Virus record (IMG/VR): IMGVR_UViG_3300025387_000009
Direction: 5' to 3' (one strand)
Origin: a virus
Taxonomy: Duplodnaviria; Caudoviricetes
Length of the DNA: 64,000 bases
Numbering within the stretch: position 1 is the first letter of the stretch; the number at the start of each line of letters is the position of its first letter. Made by a program: the position numbers and the translations under genes. Shown here in pieces: positions 1 to 7,079 of the stretch. Under the pieces are notes generated by a model that was given only the letters and a program-made list of their open reading frames with translations, searched no databases and was not told where the DNA came from.

Positions 1-18
1 ATATAGAATAAGATTATG
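1..18 (+). repeat. Truncated copy of family-A promoter cassette (ATATAGAATAAGATTATG)
   Basis: Identical to the last 18 nt of the 39-nt repeat at 372-410; ends in the ATG of ORF 16..120. Confidence 0.9.
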
Positions 19-120
19 AACATTGATTTAAATTCTAAAACAGTATTTGTCACAATATTTGTAGTGTATTCTATATTTTGTTATACATTTGGCTATGCAA
101 TTGGCAGATTTTTTAAATAA
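16..120 (+). CDS. Small membrane peptide (34 aa, MNIDLNSKTVFVTIFVVYSIFCYTFGYAIGRFFK)
   Basis: Read manually; starts at the cassette ATG; one hydrophobic helix; stop 1 nt before next ATG. Confidence 0.75.
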   Translation: MNIDLNSKTVFVTIFVVYSIFCYTFGYAIGRFFK

Positions 121-121
121 T

Positions 122-376
122 ATGACCAATAGACCTAATTTAACAGAAGAAGAGAAGGAGCACTATAATAAGGTTGCTATGGATAAAATATATGAAAAGA
201 AGATTGTTGATGCAAAGACATATGATCAATGGAGAAAAGAAGCTATTGAAGCATTAGAAAATGCTTTGCCAATGGTTGCTGATTCTGGTGTTTGTGGTAT
301 GTATCCAAACACAGAAGCTGCTGAAAAGATTGCTGATGCTATTATTAATGCTACTCTTTGCAAATTAACTTCTTGA
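122..376 (+). CDS. Hypothetical early protein
   Basis: ORF track 89..376; start moved to ATG 122 because 89-120 belongs to the upstream gene. Confidence 0.75.
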   Translation: MTNRPNLTEEEKEHYNKVAMDKIYEKKIVDAKTYDQWRKEAIEALENALPMVADSGVCGMYPNTEAAEKIADAIINATLCKLTS

Positions 377-410
377 CACCTCCTCCTAAAGCATATAGAA
401 TAAGATTATG
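372..410 (+). promoter_or_regulatory. Family-A promoter cassette CTTGACACCTCCTCCTAAAGCATATAGAATAAGATTATG
   Basis: TTGACA 373-378, 17-nt spacer, TAGAAT 396-401, 6 nt, ATG 408. Confidence 0.92.
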
Positions 411-698
411 AATACAGAACAGAAAGAAGTAAAATGGAATGATAACTTGGTTAAAGAAATCTTGAGAGATTATGCTGCTCCAAAGATTAAAAATCTTATT
501 GATATCCAAAAGCAGAATGGCAACTATAACTATAATGAGTATATGTATGGTATGCTTATTGGATTGGAATGTGCCTATTACAATTTGCTAGAAGAAGAAG
601 CAAAGTTTACAGAGATACCAAAAGAGTGGTTGGCTGATAGAGTTCCTAAGGACTTTGTACCTGAAGTAGCTGAAGATTCTCTTGACACTTCTTCCTAA
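408..698 (+). CDS. Hypothetical early protein
   Basis: ORF begins at cassette ATG; stop lies inside the next cassette spacer. Confidence 0.8.
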   Translation: MNTEQKEVKWNDNLVKEILRDYAAPKIKNLIDIQKQNGNYNYNEYMYGMLIGLECAYYNLLEEEAKFTEIPKEWLADRVPKDFVPEVAEDSLDTSS

Positions 699-719
699 AG
701 CATATAGAATAAGATTATG
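681..719 (+). promoter_or_regulatory. Family-A promoter cassette (2 C>T differences)
   Basis: TTGACA 682-687, 17 nt, TAGAAT 705-710, 6 nt, ATG 717. Confidence 0.92.
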
Positions 720-953
720 AATGAAGAAGAATTAGAAGTTGAGTACCAGAAAATTAAAAGTAAATCTCAACAGGATTATAAAGATTTATTTGGAGCTGAA
801 GCACCATCATTAAAAAGACTTAAAATGATATATAAAGTAAACAAATTTAAAAAACAACTTAAGAACCTTTTTTATACAGTCATTACAACTATTGCAGCAC
901 TCTATGTCTATTATCTAATCTCTGGTGAAGTAATTTGTTTTAAGCATCTTTAA
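717..953 (+). CDS. Hypothetical protein with C-terminal TM helix
   Basis: Cassette ATG; LFYTVITTIAALYVYYLI hydrophobic segment. Confidence 0.75.
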   Translation: MNEEELEVEYQKIKSKSQQDYKDLFGAEAPSLKRLKMIYKVNKFKKQLKNLFYTVITTIAALYVYYLISGEVICFKHL

Positions 954-954
954 A

Positions 955-1191
955 ATGGAACTCATTAAAGAACCTTATCCTCATTATAGAGAAGAAGACA
1001 TCTTCAGCATCCTCAATGATGAAGAGAAGAAGCTATGGTGTAGCTTCATTTATGGTCAAACTGTTCTAGTAAGAGAGGATGGAGGTTCTGGAATCTATGA
1101 GACAGATTGGGATAGGTTTGAGAGAATTTTGAGAAAGAAATCTCTTGATAAGTTGACTGAACAGGCTCAAGAGCTTAAAATGGGATACTAA
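955..1191 (+). CDS. Hypothetical protein ending in LDKLTEQAQELKMGY tag
   Basis: ORF track; C-terminus shared with 7069..7392. Confidence 0.75.
   Translation: MELIKEPYPHYREEDIFSILNDEEKKLWCSFIYGQTVLVREDGGSGIYETDWDRFERILRKKSLDKLTEQAQELKMGY
1153..1181 (+). promoter_or_regulatory. Sigma70-like promoter inside the 3' end of ORF 955..1191
   Basis: TTGACT 1153-1158, 17 nt, TAAAAT 1176-1181; ATG 1193 follows 11 nt later. Confidence 0.65.
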
Positions 1192-1192
1192 T

Positions 1193-1444
1193 ATGATTGG
1201 ATACCAAGATAAGATAAATCAAATCCTTAGAGGAGCAGAGACTATAAAGAATATGAATGATGATATTGATTTGGAGTTATCTGTGTCTGTATTGACAAAG
1301 ACTCTAAAGGATGTTCAGCTGGAAAGAGATGCTCTGTGGGTCAAAACTCAAGAGGATGAGAGGGAGATTAATGATCTCAGAGATGTAAATAATGAGTTGA
1401 GGGATAAAATTAAAAAGCTTGAATTGTCCTTAGAATCTCTATAG
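1193..1444 (+). CDS. Hypothetical coiled-coil protein
   Basis: Heptad-like pattern; its TAG stop is the start of the next -10 box. Confidence 0.75.
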   Translation: MIGYQDKINQILRGAETIKNMNDDIDLELSVSVLTKTLKDVQLERDALWVKTQEDEREINDLRDVNNELRDKIKKLELSLESL

Positions 1445-1456
1445 ACTGTAATAATG
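1418..1456 (+). promoter_or_regulatory. Family-B promoter cassette (diverged)
   Basis: TTGAAT 1419-1424, 17 nt (TGTCCTTAGAATCTCTA), TAGACT 1442-1447, 6 nt, ATG 1454. Confidence 0.8.
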
Positions 1457-1711
1457 ACAACCAAAGCACAAGCTAGAAAGAATCTGAAGAAGGCTGTTAA
1501 GAACTATAATGATATTATGACAAACAAAATTAACCTAGATGTATTTAAAGCTCAACAATCTGAAATTGATAAAGCACAAATAGAATTTAATAATGCTACT
1601 CTTGATCTAATCAAAGATATCTATAAAACTCTGATTATAGGTTTTTTACTTCTTATAATTTTAATGCTTGTAACTTGGGGTTATTTGACATATACTTATT
1701 TTAATCATTAA
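1454..1711 (+). CDS. Hypothetical protein with C-terminal TM helix
   Basis: Cassette ATG; LIIGFLLLIILMLVTWGYL. Confidence 0.75.
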   Translation: MTTKAQARKNLKKAVKNYNDIMTNKINLDVFKAQQSEIDKAQIEFNNATLDLIKDIYKTLIIGFLLLIILMLVTWGYLTYTYFNH

Positions 1712-1725
1712 TATGAAAGAAGAAG

Positions 1726-1764
1726 CTTGAAGTGTCCTAAAGATTCCTATAGACTAAAGGTATG
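1726..1764 (+). promoter_or_regulatory. Family-B promoter cassette CTTGAAGTGTCCTAAAGATTCCTATAGACT
   Basis: TTGAAG 1727-1732, 17 nt, TAGACT 1750-1755, 6 nt, ATG 1762. Confidence 0.85.
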
Positions 1765-1959
1765 ATAACTAGAAATAAATTGTACAACCTATTGTTTGAT
1801 GTAGCACTTTTAGGTGCAACAGATTCAGATGTTTTGAAAGCTGCTAAAAATAAAGATAGAAAAAAATTTGATGATATTTTTTGGGATAAAATGGATGATG
1901 TAGTTCAAGAAATTCTTGATGAATATGATGATGACTATAATCCTAACTTTAAAGATTAA
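1762..1959 (+). CDS. Hypothetical acidic early protein
   Basis: Cassette ATG; ORF track. Confidence 0.75.
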   Translation: MITRNKLYNLLFDVALLGATDSDVLKAAKNKDRKKFDDIFWDKMDDVVQEILDEYDDDYNPNFKD

Positions 1960-1961
1960 TT

Positions 1962-2000
1962 CTTGACACCTCCTCCTAAAGCATATAGAATAAGATTATG
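1962..2000 (+). promoter_or_regulatory. Family-A promoter cassette (identical to 372-410)
   Basis: TTGACA 1963-1968, 17 nt, TAGAAT 1986-1991, 6 nt, ATG 1998. Confidence 0.92.
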
Positions 2001-2213
2001 AATGAAAATAATAAACATCATTATTATATTTCTCCAGAGCAATATGAAAGGCTTTACAAAGAGAACCAAGAGCTAGAAAAGCTTTTAAATGAAGTCATTA
2101 CTTTAGCTGATATTATGAGTGATGAAATCAATCAGAATTGGTGTAAAGAATCAAAACTAGCTGTTGCAAAGTTAAATCTAATTATAGAAAAAGTTGATTG
2201 GGTAAAAGCTTGA
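1998..2213 (+). CDS. Hypothetical early protein
   Basis: Cassette ATG; TGA stop overlaps the next -35 box. Confidence 0.75.
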   Translation: MNENNKHHYYISPEQYERLYKENQELEKLLNEVITLADIMSDEINQNWCKESKLAVAKLNLIIEKVDWVKA

Positions 2214-2247
2214 CACCTCCTCCTAGAGCATATAGAATAAGATTATG
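2209..2247 (+). promoter_or_regulatory. Family-A promoter cassette (1 difference)
   Basis: TTGACA 2210-2215, 17 nt, TAGAAT 2233-2238, 6 nt, ATG 2245. Confidence 0.92.
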
Positions 2248-2424
2248 AAAAATAAGCTATTCAAGTTAAAATATGGAAATGGTTGGTTGGGTAGCAGAAC
2301 AAATATCGGAGCAATCCTAGTGTTAGCACCAGATATTAAAACAGCTAAAAATATTCTCAAAGATAAAATGAATATCAAGCTTGGACATATTGGATCTGCA
2401 ACACAGATTGCATTTTTATCTTGA
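2245..2424 (+). CDS. Hypothetical protein (59 aa, MKNKLFKLKYGNGWLGSRTNIG...), missed by ORF track
   Basis: Read manually from cassette ATG to the TGA overlapping the next -35. Confidence 0.75.
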   Translation: MKNKLFKLKYGNGWLGSRTNIGAILVLAPDIKTAKNILKDKMNIKLGHIGSATQIAFLS

Positions 2425-2458
2425 AGTGTCCTAAAGATTCATATAGACTACAACCATG
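2420..2458 (+). promoter_or_regulatory. Family-B promoter cassette
   Basis: TTGAAG 2421-2426, 17 nt, TAGACT 2444-2449, 6 nt, ATG 2456. Confidence 0.85.
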
Positions 2459-3112
2459 CCTAAGAAAAAAGAACATAAGAAAGTAACTGTTACTTTCGAT
2501 GAAAGACATTTGCCAGTATTGTGTCGTTCTCTGGAGATTTTTATGAGGATGCGTAGCGGTCAGATCACTATGGCACTTGATGAGTGTTATGCTGATAAGC
2601 AAACCAAAATGCTCAAGGATGAGAACTACGATCACTTCAATGACAATAAGGACATTGAGGCTATGATCAGAAAGGTATATTTCAAAGATCTTGGTTCTCC
2701 TAATGCCGCATGGGGAGTTGGTCAGTATGGTTTTGGTGGAGAGGAAGCCTATATGATCTGGAAGACTCTTAGACAGTATATGGCATATGAGAGAAACGAT
2801 GGATATGCTGGATCTGGTCGAGACTTTGATACTACTTGGGGAGCTTATTCAGATGTTCCTAATCCAGTTGTGGAAGGATTTAGTACTAGAAAGTTCTTCA
2901 AAGCTCCAAGTAGTTTACAAGAAAAACTTGAAAAATGGTTTGAAGAAAAGAAGTATCAAGAATGTTATGATCTTATTGATAAGAAATGGAAATCTTTACC
3001 TAAAGGTGACAAATATGAACTTGGTTATCGACTTCCTGATGATCCATCTGAATGGTATAAAAACATTGGTGTATGGGTAACAGCACCAAGAAAGAAAGAG
3101 GAGGGTTGGTAA
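2456..3112 (+). CDS. Hypothetical protein (218 aa)
   Basis: Long ORF from cassette ATG; no family recognised. Confidence 0.85.
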   Translation: MPKKKEHKKVTVTFDERHLPVLCRSLEIFMRMRSGQITMALDECYADKQTKMLKDENYDHFNDNKDIEAMIRKVYFKDLGSPNAAWGVGQYGFGGEEAYMIWKTLRQYMAYERNDGYAGSGRDFDTTWGAYSDVPNPVVEGFSTRKFFKAPSSLQEKLEKWFEEKKYQECYDLIDKKWKSLPKGDKYELGYRLPDDPSEWYKNIGVWVTAPRKKEEGW

Positions 3113-3128
3113 TATTGAATTATCTGCT

Positions 3129-3153
3129 TTAGTTAAAGCGACACTTTAACTAA
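3129..3153. other. Intergenic inverted repeat (possible terminator or operator)
   Basis: TTAGTTAAAG-cgaca-CTTTAACTAA, perfect 10-bp stem. Confidence 0.55.
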
Positions 3154-3171
3154 TAATAAAAAATCAATAAT

Positions 3172-3351
3172 ATGAAAGATCAAAACACAATTAAAGCTGA
3201 AGAAGTAGCACAAAAGATTCTTGGTATTCTTGATGCGTCTGCCGACTGTAAACAATGGCAAGAGATGGTAAATGCTATTCTTACTATTAGTGAAAAATAT
3301 GAGAATGATATTAATGATTTCATTGACCATCCAATCTTAAAACTTATTTAA
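3172..3351 (+). CDS. Hypothetical protein (59 aa, MKDQNTIKAEEVAQKILG...), missed by ORF track
   Basis: Read manually; co-oriented with neighbours; stop abuts next ATG. Confidence 0.7.
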   Translation: MKDQNTIKAEEVAQKILGILDASADCKQWQEMVNAILTISEKYENDINDFIDHPILKLI

Positions 3352-3921
3352 ATGAAAAAAGAAATCAGTACAGAATGTGCCGAATGTCACAGAGATTTTA
3401 TTGCATTGGTCGAGTGTGATGATGTTCTTGAATATCCAGTAAACTTAATTCCAAACTATTGTGAATTTTGTGAAAAAGAAATGAAGACTATTGGTAATGG
3501 TTGGATGGGTACTATTACCGCCGCTTCTATTCCTCAAAGAAATGTAGAAGGACTAGAAGAGTCACTTCAGACTTTGGCAACTAGTATTGTACATTCGCAA
3601 AATGCTACAGATGAAAGTATAGGTAAGTTAAAGGATGATTTTAGAGCATTTAAGAAACATGCTGAATATGATATTGAGCAGAATACTAATAACATTACTG
3701 AGACAAGAGAGACTTTGCATAGTACAATCAATCTTACCTTTGAACAAGGAAAGAAGATTGAGGAACTTAATAAGCAGAATCACAATAGATTTGCTGAGAT
3801 CAATCATATTGAATATATTATTATTCCAAAAATCAGAACTCTTCTCATTGCTCTACATATTATGGTTCTTGGATTGTTTATATTTGACTTGGGAGTAGTT
3901 TGGTATATTATTAAGCACTAA
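3352..3921 (+). CDS. Zn-ribbon / coiled-coil / C-terminal TM protein
   Basis: CAEC...CEFC pairs, coiled-coil middle, hydrophobic C-terminus. Confidence 0.75.
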   Translation: MKKEISTECAECHRDFIALVECDDVLEYPVNLIPNYCEFCEKEMKTIGNGWMGTITAASIPQRNVEGLEESLQTLATSIVHSQNATDESIGKLKDDFRAFKKHAEYDIEQNTNNITETRETLHSTINLTFEQGKKIEELNKQNHNRFAEINHIEYIIIPKIRTLLIALHIMVLGLFIFDLGVVWYIIKH

Positions 3922-4097
3922 TGAACACAAAGACAATTGAAAATCTATTAGTAGCAATAAATGCAATTGCAATCTTTGTAATGATTGCTTTAGTTGTTCC
4001 ATTTATCTTTGGTGCAGTATTTTGGCTTGTAAAGTTTTTTACACCATATTATCATTGGGTGTATAGTTTGTTTGGAGCACAGAATTATTTTAATTGA
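3921..4097 (+). CDS. Small membrane protein (58 aa, MNTKTIENLLVAINAIAIFV...)
   Basis: Read manually; TAATG overlap with upstream gene; long hydrophobic run. Confidence 0.7.
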   Translation: MNTKTIENLLVAINAIAIFVMIALVVPFIFGAVFWLVKFFTPYYHWVYSLFGAQNYFN

Positions 4098-4098
4098 T

Positions 4099-4191
4099 AT
4101 GAACATAACACTAGATCACAATATAGCAGTTTTAATGTCTGTTTTGTTTGCTTATTTTCTAGGCTATGCATTAGGCAAATATTCAAAGTAA
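4099..4191 (+). CDS. Small membrane peptide (30 aa, MNITLDHNIAVLMSVLFAYFLGYALGKYSK)
   Basis: Read manually; 1-nt gaps on both sides; resembles 16..120. Confidence 0.7.
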   Translation: MNITLDHNIAVLMSVLFAYFLGYALGKYSK

Positions 4192-4192
4192 T

Positions 4193-4627
4193 ATGAAGCA
4201 TTATAGAATTCAAAGATACTTTAGTAATTTCTGGAGCTTTATAGATGGTATTGAGTATAATTCATATGAAGATGCTGAAAAGGCTATTAAGGAACATTAT
4301 CCAGAACAAAATACAAGAATTGTTGATGTCTTTGAAGAAGATGGCATTGACATTGAAGAGAGCTCTTATGAAAGCCCTTATTGCCCAGTTTGTAAAAGCT
4401 GTGGAGAGGAAGGATGTTGTAGTGTAGGGAAGTCTCTTCTTGGACATGGATGTAAATATGGCAAATGGTATGCAAGGGATGTTTATCAGAATGAGATGAT
4501 CATTGATGAGTTCCATAAGCTCTTTGATGAGAATGGAAAGTATCTAGGATGTGATGGTAATCCTATTGAGGTAGTATATAATAATGCTTTTGATAGAACA
4601 AAGGAGAAATATGGAAAAGGAAATTGA
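4193..4627 (+). CDS. Cys-rich hypothetical protein
   Basis: CPVCKSCGEEGCC...C motif. Confidence 0.75.
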   Translation: MKHYRIQRYFSNFWSFIDGIEYNSYEDAEKAIKEHYPEQNTRIVDVFEEDGIDIEESSYESPYCPVCKSCGEEGCCSVGKSLLGHGCKYGKWYARDVYQNEMIIDEFHKLFDENGKYLGCDGNPIEVVYNNAFDRTKEKYGKGN

Positions 4628-4802
4628 TTGTTCATTTACAAGAGATGTTGTTTGTCCTCATTGTGGTTATAAGTTTAAGGACTCATATGAATTTTTTGAA
4701 TATCATGGTCAAGGTGTTGACTTAGAGTGTGATGAATGTGGTAAAGAGTTTATTGCCTATAGTCACATTACTATAGATTATAGTTCACATAAGAAGAAAT
4801 AA
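4611..4802 (+). CDS. Small Zn-ribbon protein
   Basis: CPHC...CDEC; start moved to ATG 4611. Confidence 0.7.
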   Translation: MEKEIDCSFTRDVVCPHCGYKFKDSYEFFEYHGQGVDLECDECGKEFIAYSHITIDYSSHKKK

Positions 4803-4803
4803 T

Positions 4804-5082
4804 ATGAATAATGACATCTATCCACCAGTAACAGACATTCCACCAGAGATCATTGCTGCAGCTAAAGTCCTATACAATTGGATGGAGATGCATAATGTAG
4901 AAGCATTTGATGGTGTTGTTAATAGAAAGAAGTATGAAAAACTTTCTGAGCTTTACTATGAGCTAATTCTAAATGTTTCTAGTTGTTATGAAAATGAGAC
5001 TAGACATCAGACAGCTTTGAGATATATTAAGCAGATGGAAAAATTTGCTTATGATGAGACAACAGAAAAGGCTATAAAATAA
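4804..5082 (+). CDS. Hypothetical protein
   Basis: ORF track; 1-nt junctions on both sides. Confidence 0.7.
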   Translation: MNNDIYPPVTDIPPEIIAAAKVLYNWMEMHNVEAFDGVVNRKKYEKLSELYYELILNVSSCYENETRHQTALRYIKQMEKFAYDETTEKAIK

Positions 5083-5083
5083 T

Positions 5084-5392
5084 ATGAGAGGAGAATGCAG
5101 ATACTGTGGCTTTGTTGCTAAATGGGCAAATGAAAGCTGCTGGTGTGGTGCATTATCTAATCCAGAAAGAAAACCAACTCATCCAGAAAATATGAAGAAA
5201 GAAGAAAAGATTATTGAACTGCTTGAAATGATTGTAAAGCAGAATGAAGAGATTATAAAAAATCAAAACATTTGGAGAACTCTTCCAACTGTTCCAGTAC
5301 CTCCAAACATTGATCCTCATTTTGGAAAAGACATTCCTTATAAGCCATACTTTGGACCAACTTGTGAACACACTAACAATACAAATCTCTAG
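5084..5392 (+). CDS. Hypothetical protein (N-terminal Cys motif, Pro-rich tail)
   Basis: CRYC...CWC; ORF track. Confidence 0.65.
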   Translation: MRGECRYCGFVAKWANESCWCGALSNPERKPTHPENMKKEEKIIELLEMIVKQNEEIIKNQNIWRTLPTVPVPPNIDPHFGKDIPYKPYFGPTCEHTNNTNL

Positions 5393-5412
5393 GTAAATGT
5401 GTTCTTTGTTTT

Positions 5413-5508
5413 TTAATATAGTCTCTTAAGTCTACAAAGACTACAAAGACCAAAATATAATGGAACAATTGTAACGAGGATTAATGTATCTAGTATTATG
5501 TTTTTCAT
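5413..5508 (-). CDS. Possible small hydrophobic peptide (31 aa, MKNIILDTLILVTIVPLYFGLCSLCRLKRLY)
   Basis: Read manually in an otherwise empty gap. Confidence 0.35.
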   Translation of the reverse strand: MKNIILDTLILVTIVPLYFGLCSLCRLKRLY

Positions 5509-5569
5509 AACAAAAATACTTATCCCAATAAGATACAAAATAACTACTTGATTGGTCGTTATTAAAGGA

Positions 5570-5575
5570 TAAGTA
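5570..5575 (+). promoter_or_regulatory. Late-type promoter motif TAAGTA
   Basis: 7 nt before ATG 5583. Confidence 0.5.
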
Positions 5576-5582
5576 AAATACT

Positions 5583-6311
5583 ATGAAAAAGTTTACAACT
5601 CTATTAACAATATTATTGATTTCTATTTCAGCATATGCTGGTGATAAAGAGCCAATACCATTAACATCAACCAATACACCAATCACTTATTCGATTGGGG
5701 CGAAGTATCAGGGAGGTAGTGTTTCAACTTTAAAAAATGGAAAGTGGACAGGTTATGGTTGGGCAAATAAAGAGACAGCGGTATTGAGAGCAGACTTCCA
5801 CAATGGTCTTGAACTTATTTTTGAAGATTATTTAACCGAGAATCAGGTTAAAACATCTTCTACAAAGATAACTTCTAAGACTACAACAGTTAATCATCAT
5901 AAGGTTATTACAAAGACAACCACAACTACTCATAAGACAACTGAAGCAACGGCTGGTGGATTTGAAATTAAACCTAGATATACCTTTCATCTTACAAAGA
6001 AATTAGATTTTGGTTTACAAGTTGGTTTAGGAGATAGTTATGGTATACATAATACAGCTTTAGTTAATAAGTTCTATTATATTGGTGAGGCTCGTTTTGT
6101 TTATAAAGTTAATGATTGGTTAAAATTAAGAACAAGTTTCCAAATCCAAAATCCATTTAATACTCAATATGACAATTGGGTTAATACAGTTAAAGTTGGT
6201 CCTGATATTAGAATTACAAAGAATATTGATACTACTATATCTTATGTTAATAATTTTGGTGGAACTCAACATGGTAACGCGTTTGAAACCGCACTTAATT
6301 ATAGATTTTAA
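5583..6311 (+). CDS. Secreted, outer-membrane beta-barrel-like protein
   Basis: Signal peptide MKKFTTLLTILLISISAYA; alternating amphipathic strands; C-terminal ALNYRF beta-signal. Confidence 0.7.
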   Translation: MKKFTTLLTILLISISAYAGDKEPIPLTSTNTPITYSIGAKYQGGSVSTLKNGKWTGYGWANKETAVLRADFHNGLELIFEDYLTENQVKTSSTKITSKTTTVNHHKVITKTTTTTHKTTEATAGGFEIKPRYTFHLTKKLDFGLQVGLGDSYGIHNTALVNKFYYIGEARFVYKVNDWLKLRTSFQIQNPFNTQYDNWVNTVKVGPDIRITKNIDTTISYVNNFGGTQHGNAFETALNYRF

Positions 6312-6314
6312 TTC

Positions 6315-6343
6315 TTGACATATAATACCAAATCATAGACGAT
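6315..6343 (+). promoter_or_regulatory. Possible sigma70 promoter with weak -10
   Basis: TTGACA 6315-6320 starts exactly 35 nt before ATG 6350, the same geometry as the cassettes. Confidence 0.45.
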
Positions 6344-6349
6344 ATAGAT

Positions 6350-6508
6350 ATGAAAAGTATCTGGAGACTTTGGGCTAAAGCCCTTGGTGATAAAGCAGGA
6401 AGACATAATGAAGAAGCTGACACTATAGCTTTAATCAGAACTTTAATTATTTTAGTTTACATTATCACCAATCTGTTTATAATAGCTGGTATAATTCACC
6501 ATTGGTAA
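6350..6508 (+). CDS. Small phage membrane protein (52 aa, MKSIWRLWAKALGDKAG...ALIRTLII), missed by ORF track
   Basis: Read manually; the WRLWAKALG..ADxIALIRT pattern is familiar from aquatic T4-like phages; TM helix. Confidence 0.75.
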   Translation: MKSIWRLWAKALGDKAGRHNEEADTIALIRTLIILVYIITNLFIIAGIIHHW

Positions 6509-6509
6509 A

Positions 6510-7079
6510 ATGAAAAATATATTCCTTATTGCAGATCTCCATTTTGGGGACTCAGACATGGTCACTCTTATCAAAGAGGATGGTCATCCTATGCGTCCCT
6601 TTAAGAGAGTAGAAGAACATGATGCGGCATTGATTGAGAATTGGAATAAGGTTGTTACTCATCCGAGTGACAAAGTATATGTTCTTGGTGATGTGGCTCA
6701 GAGACCCAAAGACATTGCAAACTTTGGTAAACTTATGGGTAAGAAGATTCTTATCAAGGGAAACCATGACATCTACGAAATGAAGGAGTATGCAAAATAT
6801 TTCAAGGATATTCGTGGTACTCATCGTTTACCCAATGGTATTCTTATGAGTCATATTCCAGTGCATCCTGGGACTTTTGGTAAAGCTCATAAGATCAATG
6901 TGCATGGTCATATTCATGATAAGAGAATAATGATACCGGCACCATTTTATCCAGATGCTATGTTGAAAATCATAGATCCTAAATACTTTTGCGTATCAGT
7001 TGAGCATATCAACTATACTCCTATGGAACTTGGGGCTATTGAATTGGAAGTATTTGGTCTTAAAAATTATGGAAAATAA
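6510..7079 (+). CDS. Calcineurin-like metallophosphoesterase
   Basis: Motifs ADLHFG, VLGD, KGNHD, SHIP, HGHIH. Confidence 0.92.
   Translation: MKNIFLIADLHFGDSDMVTLIKEDGHPMRPFKRVEEHDAALIENWNKVVTHPSDKVYVLGDVAQRPKDIANFGKLMGKKILIKGNHDIYEMKEYAKYFKDIRGTHRLPNGILMSHIPVHPGTFGKAHKINVHGHIHDKRIMIPAPFYPDAMLKIIDPKYFCVSVEHINYTPMELGAIELEVFGLKNYGK

Noticed and set aside
1-2458. Repeats as a CRISPR array, integron attC sites or DGR repeats
   Set aside because: Intervening sequences are about 200-550 nt and hold intact ORFs rather than 30-40 nt spacers. The repeats lack attC dyad structure. No cas, integrase or reverse transcriptase is present, and the repeats parse exactly as promoters.
2375-6824. Shadow ORFs in the track (e.g. 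2375..2635-, 2787..3080+, 3133..3330-, 3635..3898+, 4262..4516-, 5153..5371-, 5441..5686-, 6552..6824-)
   Set aside because: They overlap better-supported genes, lack promoter or junction support and have no motifs. The same applies to the other nested ORFs across the window.
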